Below are positions 13,464 through 26,789 of a stretch of DNA of 64,000 nt, in pieces. A program made the position numbers and the translations under genes. Source of the DNA: Hyaloraphidium curvatum SAG 235-1 (lineage: Eukaryota > Fungi > Monoblepharomycota); the NCBI GenBank assembly GCA_025558095.1, contig JAIVFI010000024.1, forward strand, positions 310,001 through 374,000, read 5' to 3'. The notes under the pieces were generated by a model. That model was not told the DNA's origin. It worked only from the letters and a program-made list of their open reading frames with translations, and searched no databases. Within the stretch, counting starts at the first letter, position 1; the number at the start of each line of letters is the position of its first letter.

Positions 13464-13947
13464 GGTGAGGGTCCTGGCAGGATGGGCGATCAGAGGTGCG
13501 TTCCACCGCTGTGGGCAACCAAAACGCGGCGCATCGGGCAGCCATGAGCCCATTAAGCGCCAGAGAGCGCTCAAAGGGGGTCGAGGAGGGCAGAAGGGCG
13601 GCATATCACGGCGATGCCACCGTCTCCCACTGGGGGAGGACACCACGGCTCCCCGAGCCCCCGGAGCGCCATCCCGCGTTTACCGAGGCCGCAAAGGAGC
13701 CTTCCAAGAAGCTCACAACTCGCAAGCAAGGAGACGTACCTTCCTTCGTTCAGGATGGGGTGTCGGTGCAGGCGCTGTGCGTTTGTTGGAGGACCCGGAA
13801 ATTGCGATCGCGTCATTCGGAGCTCTTGCATTGCCAATGCACCGGTTGCTCATCGTCGAAAGGCCCAGTCGAATGCGCTCTAATCTATGCGGAAATGGCG
13901 CAACCAGTCTAGCACGATGTTGGATCAGAGACGAAACAACGTGATGC

Positions 13948-14982
13948 TCAGATTCCCCATCTCTGCTCTTTCATGGCGATGGAAAAACCGCACTTCAAGT
14001 ACAAGGGGCTCACGTCCTCGTCCGCAGATAGTAGGAGGACATCTGCGCCATTTGTCCCGGCGTATTCAACGCAAGCATCGACCATCCGCCTCGCGTAGCC
14101 TTTTCCGCGGTACGCCTCGAGCACACCGACGCCAAAAACCATCGCAAACTGCGGCGAGCCCGCGTGCTCCTCGGGTTCCAGCAGCACGGATGCGCAACCA
14201 ACGGGGAGGACGTGATCCGATACAGCCGGCGCGGAGCTCCGCGTCCTCCTCGATTCAAACGGCGCAAAGCAAATAAGGTGGATCCAATCGTTGCGACCGC
14301 GATCGACAGCTTTCGTCCCGTCGAATGAGGACACGAAGCCCTCGGTAACGTATGATCGGTAGTAGGACTCCTTCCCGTAACTGGTGGAGCCGAAAGCGGG
14401 CCCTTCGACCTCGAACACCCTGCGTCGCACGTCCTCCGCCGTCAAGCACGGCCTGAAAGAGCACCGCAGCTCCAGATCGGGCTCGAAGGCACCCTCCGTG
14501 GTCCTCGCCATCACAAAAACCTTCTTGGAGTGCGGCTTGTGCCTAGAGCCGTCGAGCACCTCTCCGTCCGTCAGGTTTTTGAGCCCGCGGGCACGGAAAG
14601 CCGATACAAGCTGCTCGTACGTGCAGCCTATATTGGCGTAGTCCTTGTCGTAGGCGATAAAGACCACCGTGGAGGCACCGACCGGGGGTGCTTTCACGTG
14701 GGAGACCGCCTCCGCGACCGCGGCCTTCCGCCCCTCGTCGCTGTCTGCGGCGCCGTGGAACTCCATGAGAATGATCACCGCCTCTGTGTTGCCGCGCTTT
14801 CGGATCACGATGAATCGCAGGCGCGACAACAGGCTCCCGGAATCCAGGGGGAACGACACGTCGCGTTCCTCGCCTGGCCATTCGGGATGCCGCGAGGGGT
14901 CGTATGAAGGCACCCGAAAGTGCATCGTGAGCTCGCGGCTCAGGAATCTGCACGCTTTCGACGGGAGCGAGGGGTCGTCCAT
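13948..14982 (-). CDS. GNAT-family acetyltransferase (C-terminal GNAT domain), intronless
   Basis: Acetyl-CoA motif A VGVLEAYRGKGYARRMV and LYLKCGF. N-terminal half not recognised. Confidence 0.75.
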   Translation of the reverse strand: MDDPSLPSKACRFLSRELTMHFRVPSYDPSRHPEWPGEERDVSFPLDSGSLLSRLRFIVIRKRGNTEAVIILMEFHGAADSDEGRKAAVAEAVSHVKAPPVGASTVVFIAYDKDYANIGCTYEQLVSAFRARGLKNLTDGEVLDGSRHKPHSKKVFVMARTTEGAFEPDLELRCSFRPCLTAEDVRRRVFEVEGPAFGSTSYGKESYYRSYVTEGFVSSFDGTKAVDRGRNDWIHLICFAPFESRRTRSSAPAVSDHVLPVGCASVLLEPEEHAGSPQFAMVFGVGVLEAYRGKGYARRMVDACVEYAGTNGADVLLLSADEDVSPLYLKCGFSIAMKEQRWGI

Positions 14983-15129
14983 CGTTGGCTCGTCGGCCGA
15001 GACGCCCGCAATCTCTCGCCACTAAAGTGCGCCAGGAGCCACCATAACGATGGATAGAGCGGATCTATAAGCAATGAGCAAATACAGCAGAGACCCCACC
15101 GTGCGCCAGCCACGACTTCCCAAGCCCGA

Positions 15130-17220
15130 TCACCTGGTCTTCTTCGTGATCTCGTCCCATTCAGCTGGCGGCGAGTCTTCCCCATTCAGCGCCTCGGGCG
15201 AAATGAGCGTGTCCCCCGTCGCGTGCGGATCACCGCCGACCCCGTTCGAGTCCGCCTTGGCCGCCCCGTTGGTCGCCCCGTTGGCGTCCGCGACTTCCCC
15301 GTTCATTGCAGCCTCCTTCTTGGCCTTCCTGGCCTGCTTCGCCTTGCGCACCCTTTCCGCGCACCCGCACGTGACCATGGTGTACGCCGCACGCTTGTAG
15401 AACCTCCCCATGGACGCCAGCGTGGCCTTGGTCCGTGCCCAGAAATCGGCCCACGTCTCGGGCCACACCGAGGTGACCATCTCCCAGAGCCACTTGCCGA
15501 TGAAGATGCTGGGCTCGTCGATGAAGAGGTGGAAGATCCAGGCGAGGACGAAGCAGATGGGCGCGTAGATGAAGTAGCAGGCGGCGATCATGGGCCAGAA
15601 GGAGAGGCCCATGGCGTTGAAGTCGATCACGAGGAGCGGCACGATCGTGAAGAGCACCGTCTCGTGGATCAGGTAGAGGCCGAAAGAGATCTGCGCGGCG
15701 AAGGGGTTCAGGGGCCTTCCCGGAATCGGCGAAGAGACACCAACCTTTCCCAGGAACTCGAACGGCCAAGTCTCCAGCACCCACTGCCCCCACCGGCAGA
15801 TTTCCGCCCACACCATCACAAGCGTCGCGCTCAACCACAGGCTCGTGGTGATCCCGTGCCAGTTGACCTGCGCGCCCATCGTGCCGCGGTAGAGCTGGTG
15901 CGGCAGCACGCCGTAGTCGATCGGGTTGCTGATCTGCGGCACCCAGAGCACCACCGCCGCCATGCCCATGAGCGCAAACTCGAGGGCGACGAGGTAGTAC
16001 CATTTCCAGCGCCTGACCGTGTCCCAGAGGCCCTCGACGTCGAGGTCGGCGAGCAGCAGCCCGATCGCAAACATGAAGTTGTAGTTGTAGGTCCACCAGT
16101 TCATCGTGATCAGCACGGCGTACATCATCCAGCGCCGCATCGGCAGCAGCGAGATGCACAGGGTCATGAGGTAGATGAAGTTGGACCCTGCGGTCGGGCG
16201 TCAGCGCAAGGGCACAGGCCGCGGCCAGGGAAAGCCCACCCCAGTACTCGTACGGGATCGTCCACAGCGTGCTTCCCCTCACGAGAATCCAATCCGCGTT
16301 GCCCCATCCCAGCAGGTTGAAGCAGAAGATGACGTACTCGCCAAAGTTCCGGATCAGGCTCCACCCCGGGGTCTTCATGTCCGGGCTCCCCAGGATGACG
16401 CCGGCCTCATTGGCCGGCTGCGTGGCGCCCTGCGCGGCCACCTGCCACTGGATCAGCGCGGCGGCTGCGCAGGGTATCAGGAGGCGAAACGGGCGGCGGA
16501 AGACGGCCGAAGCGAGGGCGGAGAAGCGCGGCTTGGGACCGTAGGCGGAGCGCAGGAAGGAAGCGGTGATAACGCGGCCCGAGAGGATAAAGAAAAGCGT
16601 GACGGACCAGCCGCCGCCCCTGTCGGCCGCGGGCGGGTCAGCGGGAAAACGTTGCAGACGGGCGGGGCGACCCACCAGAGCAGGTTGAACGGCTTCATGT
16701 CCGCCACCTGCGGCTGCGACTTGCGGAACGTGGCGTCGACAAAGTGCCCGTTCATGACGAAGAAGGCGGCCAGGCCGCGGAGGCCCTCCAGGTACATCAG
16801 CTTGCCGCCGCCCGAGACGGTCTGCTTCTCCGGGTTCGTGAAGGGCGCCGTCACCTCGGGGGCTGCGTGGCCGTTGGCAAGCGAGCCATTTGCTTGCCCC
16901 GCGGCCGGCTGATCGGCCGCGGCCGGTGCGAGCGGGTCGGCGGGGGCATCGGGCGGCAGCAGGGCGGTCGTCGACACGGCGGGCGTCGGAGCGTCGACGC
17001 CGAGCGTGAACGACGAGGGCGCCGAGGCAAAGGGCGCGCGCGGCACCGCGACGGAGAGCGGCGGGCGCGGCGGCGGCGGCAGCGGCGCGGGCGGCGGCGG
17101 CGGGTCGTCCAGCGAGTAACTCCAGATGTCCGAGATGGGGTCGGGCGCCGGCACGCCGCTGCCCACGACGGAAGCGCCGCCCGCTCCGGGCGGCGTCGCC
17201 GCGCTCGGAGAGGGAGCCAT
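15130..17220 (-). CDS. Acyltransferase-3 family polytopic membrane O-acyltransferase
   Basis: YLEGLRGLAAFFVMNGHF, VTLFFILSG, FRRPFRL, LWTIPYEYWG, GK|ISFGLYLIH, multiple hydrophobic segments. Confidence 0.85.
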
Positions 17221-17372
17221 GGCGGGAATGGGAGCCAGAGGTGGTTGTTGTCGTCAGTCCCTGGAGCGCTGGCCGCCCAATCATTCCACTTTGGTCGTCG
17301 ATGGCAAGAGCCCGGTCCTCAATTCATTCCATGCGATCAGCAACTACAAACTCAATGCATCCGACCCAGCAC

Positions 17373-19566
17373 TCAATACTCCTGCACGCTCGGGAGGAAA
17401 TTGCCCGTGACTGCGCGGCGATCGCGGTCAGCATCTGTTCGCACACGACGGCAGCGCGAGGCACCCACTGAGTATCGGCATCCCGTACCTGTCCCTCCGG
17501 ATCGTGAAGCTGAAGCAGCACGGCACCGTCTTCCTCCCCGACGGCGCCGGCATCACCGCCGACGAGGACCCGCGCTTGCCCGGCGGCCCCGAGATGGACG
17601 CCCTGCGCTCGCGCTCGGCCGTCGCCAGGTCCGACGCAAACAGCTCCGTCGCGTTGCCCGCCAGCAGCCCCGGGTGGCCCATCGGGTTGCCGTCAGGGTT
17701 TTTGAGCACGCAGCTGGTGAGGACGGCCTTCTGGCCCTCGTCAAAGGCGATGTTGCCGTACTTTTCCCAGTAGTTGACGGCGCTGTCCTCCTGCATCAGC
17801 TCGTAGATGCACGTGCGGCCCATCGAAAGCCGCTCCATGGGGAGCTGCACCAGGTTGGCGAACTCGCGGTTGGACTTCCAGATCTCGCCCGTGCGCCGCC
17901 ACAGGCACGCCGGCACGCCCACGGACGTGAACACGCGGTCGTACTCGAGCAGCAGCCGCTCGAAATGCTCCTCCACCAGCACCAGGTCCAGGTCCGTCAG
18001 GCTCTGCCCCACGCTGCGGAACGCGGGGCGGATGGCCGAGATGACGGAGAGGATGCGGTTCCGCGAAGCCGGCTCGACGTGGTTCTCCATGTAGTTCTGC
18101 AGCCGCACGTAGCCGTTGTGGTAATTGTACGGCTTGAGCAGGCCGGCCTCGAACTTGGCGTGGATCACGCGCGTCAGCCGGTCCTCCTGCGCGTCCGCGT
18201 TGTCGTCCGGGTCCGCGGCCGTGAGGATGAACCTCTCCGTCTTGTCCCGCGCCAGGCCATCGCTGCTCGGCGTCGAGATCTGCGGCGGGGGCTGCAGCGA
18301 GGGTTGGTGCGGCGTCGGCGGGGCGCCCGAGCCGCCGTGGGACGGTCCGCCGTTCAAAAGGCCGCCCGCGTCGTGGGTGGACGAGAGCAGGATGGGGTGT
18401 GACTGGGATCCGACGAGGTCCCTGAAGTGCCCACCGTCGTCCAGCGACGACAGAAAGTCCGAGAGGATGGAAAACTCGTGGCCCGAGTGCTCGGCGGCGA
18501 AGAGCGGCGGGAACGCGGCCAGGCTGCCCAGGCCGTAGCTGTCCAGGTTCGCCAGCGCGTGGTCGTGGTCACCAAACTCGTGCAGCTGGCCGGACTCTGT
18601 CGTCAGGGGGTGCGTGGAGGAGAGGAGCGGGCCCAGGACCTGGGCGGCGGTGGTGGCGTCGAAGCCGAGGAGGTGGTTGCCCGATCCCGAGGCGGACATG
18701 AGGCCGTGATCGCTGGGGGAGACGAGTTCGGGGCTCGTGGAGCGCACCGACTGGCCGTCGGCGCCGGCCTGCTTGTTGTCGTCGTGGCAGAGGTGCGCGA
18801 TGTTCCGCTATGGAGGTAGGCGGATCAGCATGGGAGACAGCCGCGCGGCGGGCTCGGACGCACCTTGACGCAGCGCTGGCACGGCCGGCCGACATCTGCA
18901 GGCGACAACGAACGGGATTGCAACGGAGGAAACGCGTGGTGAAGCGTTGGAGGGTCAGAAGCCGCCGAGCCGTCTGCAGCCGGACCACGCACCGCAGGTC
19001 ATGTGCGACCGCCTGCAGTAGACGCAGGCCTGGGTGACCTTTTTCCGCTTCTCCTTCTTCGGCTTGTCGCCCTTGGCGTCCGCCTTTGCGGCCTTCTTTG
19101 CGGCGGCGTCCTTGGGCTGCCTGGGAGTGCCCGAGGGGCCGGGCGCCCCGCCGCCCTGCAGCCCGCCGTCCTGCACGCCCAGCGGCAGCGGCATCCCGTG
19201 GTTCAGGCCGTGCAGGCCGTCGAGGTGCGCGCGCGCAAAGTGCTGCAGGCCGAGTGCCGCGGCGGCGTCGTTGATGACCCACTGCGGCTCGAGCGGCGCC
19301 AAGCCGCCCGGCCCGCCGACTCCGTTCAGCGCGAGCGGCGGCAGCGACGCGGCGCGCTGGCCGTCCGCGGGCACCGCGCCGCCGCCCCCGCCGCCCGGCG
19401 CCGTGCGCGTCTTGGCCGGCCGCGGCTTCGGCGCCGCGCCCGGCACGGAGCCGTCCATGGCAAAGCTCGGCGCCAGCGCGGCCGGGAAGGCGGCGTGCGA
19501 CTGGCGCGGGTCCGGTGTCACACACACAGCGTGCGCTGGAGGGGCGATGGATGGCGACTTGGCCAT
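17373..19566 (-). CDS. Zn2Cys6 transcription factor, Rds2/AcuM type with C-terminal PAS region (alternative start 19458)
   Basis: KKVTQACVYCRRSHMTC...HLCHDD cluster; FILTAADP, AGLLKPYNY, PACLWRRTGEI, NYWEKY, CCFSFTIRRD; last exon (I)TGNFLPSVQEY*. Confidence 0.88.
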
Positions 19567-20255
19567 GACGTCGCCAAATCGCTGGGGCGTCTCCCTTGCT
19601 GCCCACACCCCCGACGGCCCCGGTCGGCCTTCCCTGCCCATCCAATGACCGTCAGTCGATCTCGAAGGACAGTCCGGCCCGCGGAAAACACGAGGGGGTT
19701 GCGCTTGATCGCGAGGGCCGTGGCCGTTCCCGCCCAGCAGCCACATTGCCCGCCCTAGGTTCAACAACAATCGCAGATAGCCGCCAGTCATGTAGAAAAG
19801 CACTATGCAGCAGTGACTGACTGGTCCAAATGAACACGGCAAACTGTTGCCAGCATCGCAAGCCCCGACTGTGACGCCTCGATCGCCACACGGCCTCGCA
19901 GCCCGCATCGCGCCCGAATCGCGCCGGCGGCGGGTCCATCGCGTTTCATCCATTCGAATAGTGTCTGGCAGCTCCGGATCGGTCTTGCTGTCGGCCCTGC
20001 GGAGCTCTAGTGAGGGAACGGAGTGGAGACTCGGGGTCCCTTCGGCGCCTCCTCCATCGCCGGCGTCTGCGTTCGCCGCTCCCAGGGTCCCCCCCTACTC
20101 CCGCCACTCCGCGCGGCCCGCGCCCGCCCTTCCTTCCGCGCGCCTCCGCACGCGCCCGGCGCCCCCCCGCCGCGCCGCATCGCCCGGCGCGGCTCGCCAC
20201 AACGGCCGGCCGACGTTTGTCGAAGGCCGCTCTCGGGCTCGAAGGCGACGACGAG

Positions 20256-22248
20256 ATGGGGTTCCTCGATCTGTTCCGCGGCAATTCGTCGCCAAATGCC
20301 CAGAAGAAGAAGGACTACGAGATGGAGCGGGTGCGTCGGCCTTCTCGTCCTGCGCAAGGCAGGGCAGGCCCTGACCCCGCGCAGGTCCTCGGCAGCGGCA
20401 CATACGGCGAGGTTCGCCTCGCGACGCAAAAGAGCACGGGCCGCAAGGTGGCCATAAAGGTCATCTCGAAGAGGTGGATCCCGCGCCGGCCCCGGCCGGG
20501 ACCGCGCTGACGGCCGCCGAAGCTTCCTCAAGGCGCACGGCAAGACGGACATGGTCGAGAAGGAGATGTTCGTGCTGGGGCTGATCAGACAGCCGAACAT
20601 CATCGAGCTCATCGACCACTTTGAGTCGTCGGACAAGGTTGGACGCGCCGCTGCTTCGGAGTCTCCCCGCTGACCGTGTCCCCCGCCTCAGTACTACCTC
20701 GTGTTCCCAGTGTGGGTGCCTCCGCGCCGCCGAACGCGTTCCGCAGAAGCTGAATCCCCGCAGGGCGACGGGCGGTGAGCTGTTCGACAGGATCGTGGAG
20801 CGCAAGAGGTTCACGGAGCGCGATGCGGCCATCATCATGGCCACCGTCGTACGTCCGCGCCGCCGGCTGGCCTTTCCCGGAGCTGACCGATCTCCATCTC
20901 GTCTAACTATGGGACGCCGCAGATCAACGTGGGTCTCTTTTGGCCCCGCCTCTTTTGCGACCTCTGACCCCCTCCCCTCCAGGCCGTCGCCTACCTGCAC
21001 GACCCGCCGCACCTCATCATCCACCGCGATCTGAAGCCCGAGAACCTGCTCTTCTTGACGAAGGAGAACGACTCGCCGATGGTGCTCGTGGACTTTGGTA
21101 TCTCCAAGGTGCTCACGTCGCCCGAGGACCAGCTGAAGACCGTGATCGGAAGCCCGGGGTACACCGGTGGGCGGCGCAGCTCGCTTGTTTCTTGTGGCCA
21201 CACTGACTTTGTTTGGTCTGGTTCCTACAGCTCCCGAGATTCTCCGCCGAGTGCCGTACGGTCGCGAGGTCGACCTGTACTCCTGCGGCGTTAGTACCCC
21301 GCGCCTCCCCGCCTCCACTCGCTCAACCCGTCCCTGCAGGTCATCACCTTCACTTTGATCGCCGGCTACTCCCCGTTTTACGCTGCCCAGGACAGCACGG
21401 CGATGGCTGACGCGGTGGTGACGGGCAAGTGGAAGTTCGAGGCGCCGGAGTGGACCAACGTCACGCCCGAGAGCAAGGACTTCATCAAGCGGCTCATGCT
21501 CATCAACCCCAAGAAGCGCATGACGGCGCACGAGGCCATGGACCACGTCTGGCTGACGTCCAACTGCCCGCCCGGGTACATCGACCACCTGAAGAGGATG
21601 AACGAGCACTGCATCGCCGCCGAGTACAAGGCGCTGGGTCTGGAGATCCCGCCGGAGGGGCCGGTAGCCCCCGCGGCCGCAGCCGCAGCCCCCGCGCCGG
21701 CACATGCTGTTGCGCCCGAGGCGGCGCAGGCTGCCGCAGTTGCGGAGCCCGCACCGGCACAACCTGCTCCCGCGGAGGCCCCCGCCGCGGTGGCCGCGGC
21801 GGCCGCGGTTCCGACGCCCGCTGCACCGGCGGATTCCCCGCGCCAGGACACCGCCGCCTACAACTCCATCCTCCAGACCCTCGACCGCTACCAGGCCCCC
21901 ACGGGCGCGCAGAACCTCCTCGAGATCCACGCGATCGCCGCCGAGAACCGCCGTTCGCGGTGGCACACGATATCCACCAAGGCGCTCGCGCTCAAGGAGG
22001 TCGACCTGCTCTTCCAGAGCGTGCACATCAAGCACGCTCTCAAGGAGGCCGCGTCCAAGGCCGCGGCCGCGGGGAGGACGGACAGCTTCGCGTCGGACAA
22101 GGCGGCGCAGTTCTCGGACGACGACGACGCGGCGCCCGAGTCGCCCGTCAGGATCGATCCCAACGATTCGATCAACAGGAAGGTGTTCAAGCTCGCGCCG
22201 AGTCCCGAGGCGCTGGCGGCGTACGAGGAGCTGATGAAGCAGGAGTGA
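20256..22248 (+). CDS. CaMK1-like Ser/Thr kinase with Ala/Pro-rich C-terminal extension (many small exons)
   Basis: LGSGTYGEV, VAIK, ATGGELFDRI, HRDLKPEN, DFG, GSPGYTAPE. 6-nt exon at 20923-20928. Confidence 0.9.
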
Positions 22249-22469
22249 GTAGGAATATGGTCGGCAAATGCACGCGCGACTCATTACGACTGCTCGGACA
22301 GGGCCGCGGAACTGGAGCACAGGGCCACCAACGAGACCGCGGGTCTGCTGCAATTGGCAGGAGAGACCGGGGCAGCGAAAAAGTAGCGCGATTCTTGTTT
22401 CCGGGGCAAGGTTTGGAATATGGGCGGATCGAACCTCAACTGCGAAGCTGGCTACATGCGGCGCGGAAA

Positions 22470-25078
22470 CTACTGAGCGGGATGACCTCTGAGGATTTCC
22501 TCCAGGTTCCGTTGGCGCAGCGCGGTGTCGGCAAACACGGCTCGCACCAGGCCCGTCAACTCCGGCAGCGCGAAGCCGCGGAGGCGTCCCTCGCGGAACA
22601 TGTCCATGATTTTGGCAAAGGACGAGTCCAAAAGACGCGCCAGCAAAGAGAGCTTGTCCACGTTGGGCGCCAATCGCCGCGCGGTCTCGGCACCGGCTTC
22701 AGAGCTTTCGTTCTCTGAAGCTGGAACTAGGCCACGTAGCGCCTCGGAAAAAACGCCAATCAAGCCCGCATGGAGGTCGTCAATGACCTTGCACATGCGG
22801 GCCGACTCATCGGCGCCAATGTCCCTCACGTCCTCGACCGCGGCGATCACTGCCGCCGCCGCCTCGTCGACCATGAGCCCAAGGCACCTCAGAAACACGC
22901 CCGACGGCAAGACCTCCTTCCACACCCGCCCCAATCGGCCAAGCAGGTGCACCGCCTGTTTAGCCGCACGCGCGGAATCGGCGGCCTTGTCTTCGTCCGG
23001 CATCTCCCAGCCTCCGGCCGATGACAAACACTCGGCGAGCTCATCCTTCTGCGCGCAAAGGGAGAGGTTGAGCGCACGGACCCCGGCGCGCCGAAGCTCT
23101 GCTGCTTCGTCCGCGAACGACGTCACGATCGTCGCGTGCTCCGCCACCTCGTACCCTTTTCCGGGTCCGCGCCGCATGGGCCCGCTCCACCTCGAACCGA
23201 GAGCTTCGAGGCCCGAGGCAAGATAGTGGCAGTCGTTGTGTGTCCGCGCGGCAAGCACAGGGACAGGTTCCCGATCGGCTGCCTTGATCGCCCTGTACAG
23301 ACGCGGGATGCCGCGGGCGAGCTTGACCAACTCCCGAGTGCAACGCGCAGAAGAAGAGGCGGCTGCCTCGGCCAGGAGGGCAGCAACGAGATCCAGCAAT
23401 GCAGGCGCCAGAGAGGAAATGGTGCAGGGCGGCGGGGCAAAAAGTGGCTGGAGCAGGGAGGGATGGAGATCCTGCTGGGTGAGGTGGAAGCCGTTCGGAG
23501 GCGAAGGCGATGTCGACTGAGGTCGAGCGCCTTCCGGTGCCCCGGTTTCGGCGACAATCGATGGTACCGGCAGGAATAGCTCGCCAGGGTCCTTCACATC
23601 CCACCGAACATCTTCGTGTTTGCCAATGATCAGAGTTCTAGCTTGCTTCAGAACTGAACGCCGTTTGCCTTCGACGAAACGCGTCTCGACGTCGCGGCAA
23701 AAGTCGGTGAGCAACGCGTTCTGCGGATCGCCCTCTGGGACAAAGCTCTGCGAGATAAGACGTGCCATGAACTGGCCCGTTGCTTCTTCGACTTCGCCAA
23801 AGCTGGCCAGCTCGACGGCGCTCGTCGGCACCCGGGGTTCGAGCCAGTGCTTTGCGATCGAGGCCGCAAGACCGTCCCAAATCGAAGATCCCAAAATGGA
23901 ACAGAAAAAAGTGGCGGATTTCGCAAACATGGTGTCGTGCATGTAGGTCGTCAGGTCTAGGATGCTGCGGTAGAGGTCGCCTGCGTAAAGCGGCTTAGTG
24001 ATAACACTGGGAACGAGCAGAACGAGGCCGACCAATTTGGAAACCGTCTGCGTCGATCCTCTCTCGCACAAATACTCCGTTACTGCGAACATCTGCCTGC
24101 ATCTTGCGTTCCACCATAGGTCCCAAAACACTCTTCGAAAGCCCCCGCGTGAACGGGGCAAGATGGTGCCTCGCCGACGCAGCTCCGAGAATATCCAGTG
24201 CTTCAAGCACTCCGTCAAAGGCTTTCGAGTCCCGAATCTCAAAGCCTGACGGGACAAAGACAAGGATAACTGCGATTTGCTCCTCCAACCGCGCTTCCAG
24301 CAAGGTCCCGGCCTCCTCGGTGTCCTCGCGAACCCAAGTGAGCACTTTGGCGCCCTCGCAAAGGGTAACGAGAAGTGAGAGCTTCTCGCAGAGATCGAGG
24401 TGGCTCCTCGCCGCCGCGGCATAATCTCCCGTGTCGAGGTGCTTCAGGACGACCGAATGCAGAGCCTGCCACTCGACCAGACGGTCCATGACGTTGACCA
24501 GCTCCTTTGCTTCCTCAATCTCCTTGCGCAAGGTACGGTGCTGCTGCAGGAGAGCCTCCAGTTCCGCCCGAACTCCGGTCTTGGGCACGTCAACACGCTT
24601 CCAGTCAAAGAGGGACAGCCACACACCTCTGGGTCCTCGAGAGTGTTGGCCACCTGCTCTATCTCGCTGACGAGGGCGGTCACTCGCTCGTGACGGGCAA
24701 CGGACTCGGCATGTTCGGCTTCCAAGATTCCTCGGTTGGCCTCGACGATGGACGCGATCTCGGCCTGGCCACAACGCGTCCGACGCGTCGAGCGCAGTGA
24801 GCATCGCCGAGGAAAGCATTCGCATGGTGGAATATCAGCCCACCGCGCGTCCGAGGTTCTGGGACGCGAGTGCCCACCTCGATGCGGGCGATTTCCTCGT
24901 CGAGGTCCGCGATTGCGAGCTTCATCTCGGCCCTGTCGGGCTCCCTCGGCTTCCGCTCTTCCCGCAGAGCCCCATCGGAGACCGGTTCCTCGAGAAGCGC
25001 GGGATCCGGCGTCTCCCCGGCGAGGGTAGCGAGAATGAGGGCCGCCAGGCTCCCAGGCCTCCGCCGCGGCACGTCCAT
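22470..25078 (-). CDS. ZW10: ZW10/Dsl1-family kinetochore/ER-tethering protein
   Basis: THNDCHYLA, LGRVWKEVLP, DIGADES and LVRAVFADTALR match ZW10 C-terminal motifs. N-terminal coiled coil. Confidence 0.82.
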
Positions 25079-25229
25079 GCCGGCGAGCCTCCACGCGAAG
25101 TACTAAGGTGCGCAGCAAAGACGCCGATTGGGGAGTTTCATGGTCTTCGCATTCTGTTGGCACGTGGAGTCTGTGATATGGCCCGGAACCATGCTACGAG
25201 CGGACACTTTTAATTTAAGAACGGGGGGT

Positions 25230-25254
25230 CCGGGGGGCTCCGCCCCCCGGTTTT
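25230..25254. other. Perfect GC hairpin CCGGGGGGC-TCC-GCCCCCCGG followed by TTTT
   Basis: 9-bp stem (25230-25238/25242-25250) with 3-nt loop, preceded by the AT-rich tract ttttaatttaagaa and a G6 run. Confidence 0.6.
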
Positions 25255-26789
25255 GTCCATTTTGAGGCCATTTTCGCCCGCAGGACATCTGAATTTCACT
25301 CTCGCTGGCCGACGATCGCGCAGGCCGAGGTGTAGCATGCGGGAGGCGTTCCGAACTAAAGGCGCATTCAGCTCGACGAATCGTGCCTATCTTGGCTGTG
25401 CTCCGAACTTCTGAGCTGAATTGCAATCTATTTCAGGCCGGCCATTGTCGGAGCCACGCTAGCTGCTCCGGGCGGCGCCAAGACCGACATCCACTGAAAA
25501 GGTCGTGTCCCGTACAGGCACCGAACGCCCTTTGGCCACGTGCACGTCGTCGGACTCGTAGCAACGTGCATTGAAATGCTTTGCCTTACCTTTGCGTTCG
25601 TGCAACGTCCGTGGAGGACTCGTGACGCCCTGCAGTTGGGCAGATCGGAACGCCGTCGTCGCCGCAGGCATCAAGAAGCTCACGCCCACCAGCAGAAACG
25701 TGCGGCCGAATTCAAAGACTGTCGGTGCTACAGAGAAGATCTCGCTTCTGGCCATGCGGCGGTCGTGCGAGCATCTCTCCGGTGTGCGTTTGATGCGTCC
25801 GTGCGCGACAGCGCAGCTTGGCTCTGGCGTCTGAGCCGTGGTCACGGTGCCGCCAATCAATGCCGCCCATGGATAGCGTAAGGTCCTGGCCGCCGATCGT
25901 TGAGCGAATCGTCGCTTATAGTGGGTCCTCGACATGGCCGGCCGAGCCGGACCTGTTCCCGGCCGGTGCCCATGCCGGCGGCGGCTCAAACTTGGCCATC
26001 GGGTTAACTCGCCGTGCTATGAGGGTGCCAAGTAGTTTTGAGGCCCTCCAGTTGAGAGACCCCGCTTCCGCGCTGGCCGCTGATGATCCCCGTCTCCGTG
26101 GCATTCAGACATGACACCAGAACAGTTCTACCTTCCAAAAGCCGGTAGCGCTCACAAACATGGCCGCTTACGGTGCCATCCGAGCGCTTTCAAGCCATCG
26201 TTCGTGTCCAATGTCTGGAGAGCGATTGAGCCAGGAGCGCCAGCACTGCTCGATCCAGTGACTCGTTTAGCCCGGTTTTCTACCGACGTCGGCAACGATG
26301 GTCTTCATTCATCTTCTCTTTTGCACCAGAAGCAGGTTTCTGACCCACCGCTCCGCCTGCCGCGCAGAACGGACGCGAGTGCGGGAGAGGGGCCTCGCAG
26401 CGATACCTGTTGTCGCGCACATGGCTCCGCCGGGCACTCAATCACATGTCTGAATAGCAAAACACGCGTGCCGGACGCGATTCCGAAGCTGGAGAGCTCT
26501 GGAGTTCGTTGGGAGCGCGACGACCGTGGCGGCCGGGACGACCTTTGAACGACTGCCGCTCCCCAAAGAGAGCTGGAGCGGCCAAATCCTGCCGTCCGCT
26601 GCCTCCAAGCACATAATAAATGAGCCTGAGGGGCGAGACATCGGGCCCTTTGCCCTCAGCGCGTGGGAAAGGGGGTTGTAGATCGTCGCCAGCCAGAAGG
26701 GTTCGGTAGAGCGCCACTAATTGAAGTCAGGTAGATCGCGGCCTATTAGTTTTGCTCGTCGCATCGATCAACTACCATGTGTATCCGTC

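Noticed and set aside
15223-22718. Many long overlapping antisense or alternate-frame ORFs (e.g. 16744-18402, 20461-22353; also 38385-40289, 56260-57657)
   Set aside because: Shadow ORFs expected from high GC3 codon bias opposite real genes; Arg/Gly/Ala-rich with no recognisable motifs.
25383-26717. Short ORFs in the ZW10 to F-box gap
   Set aside because: No recognisable domain or convincing splice pattern; cannot support a CDS call.
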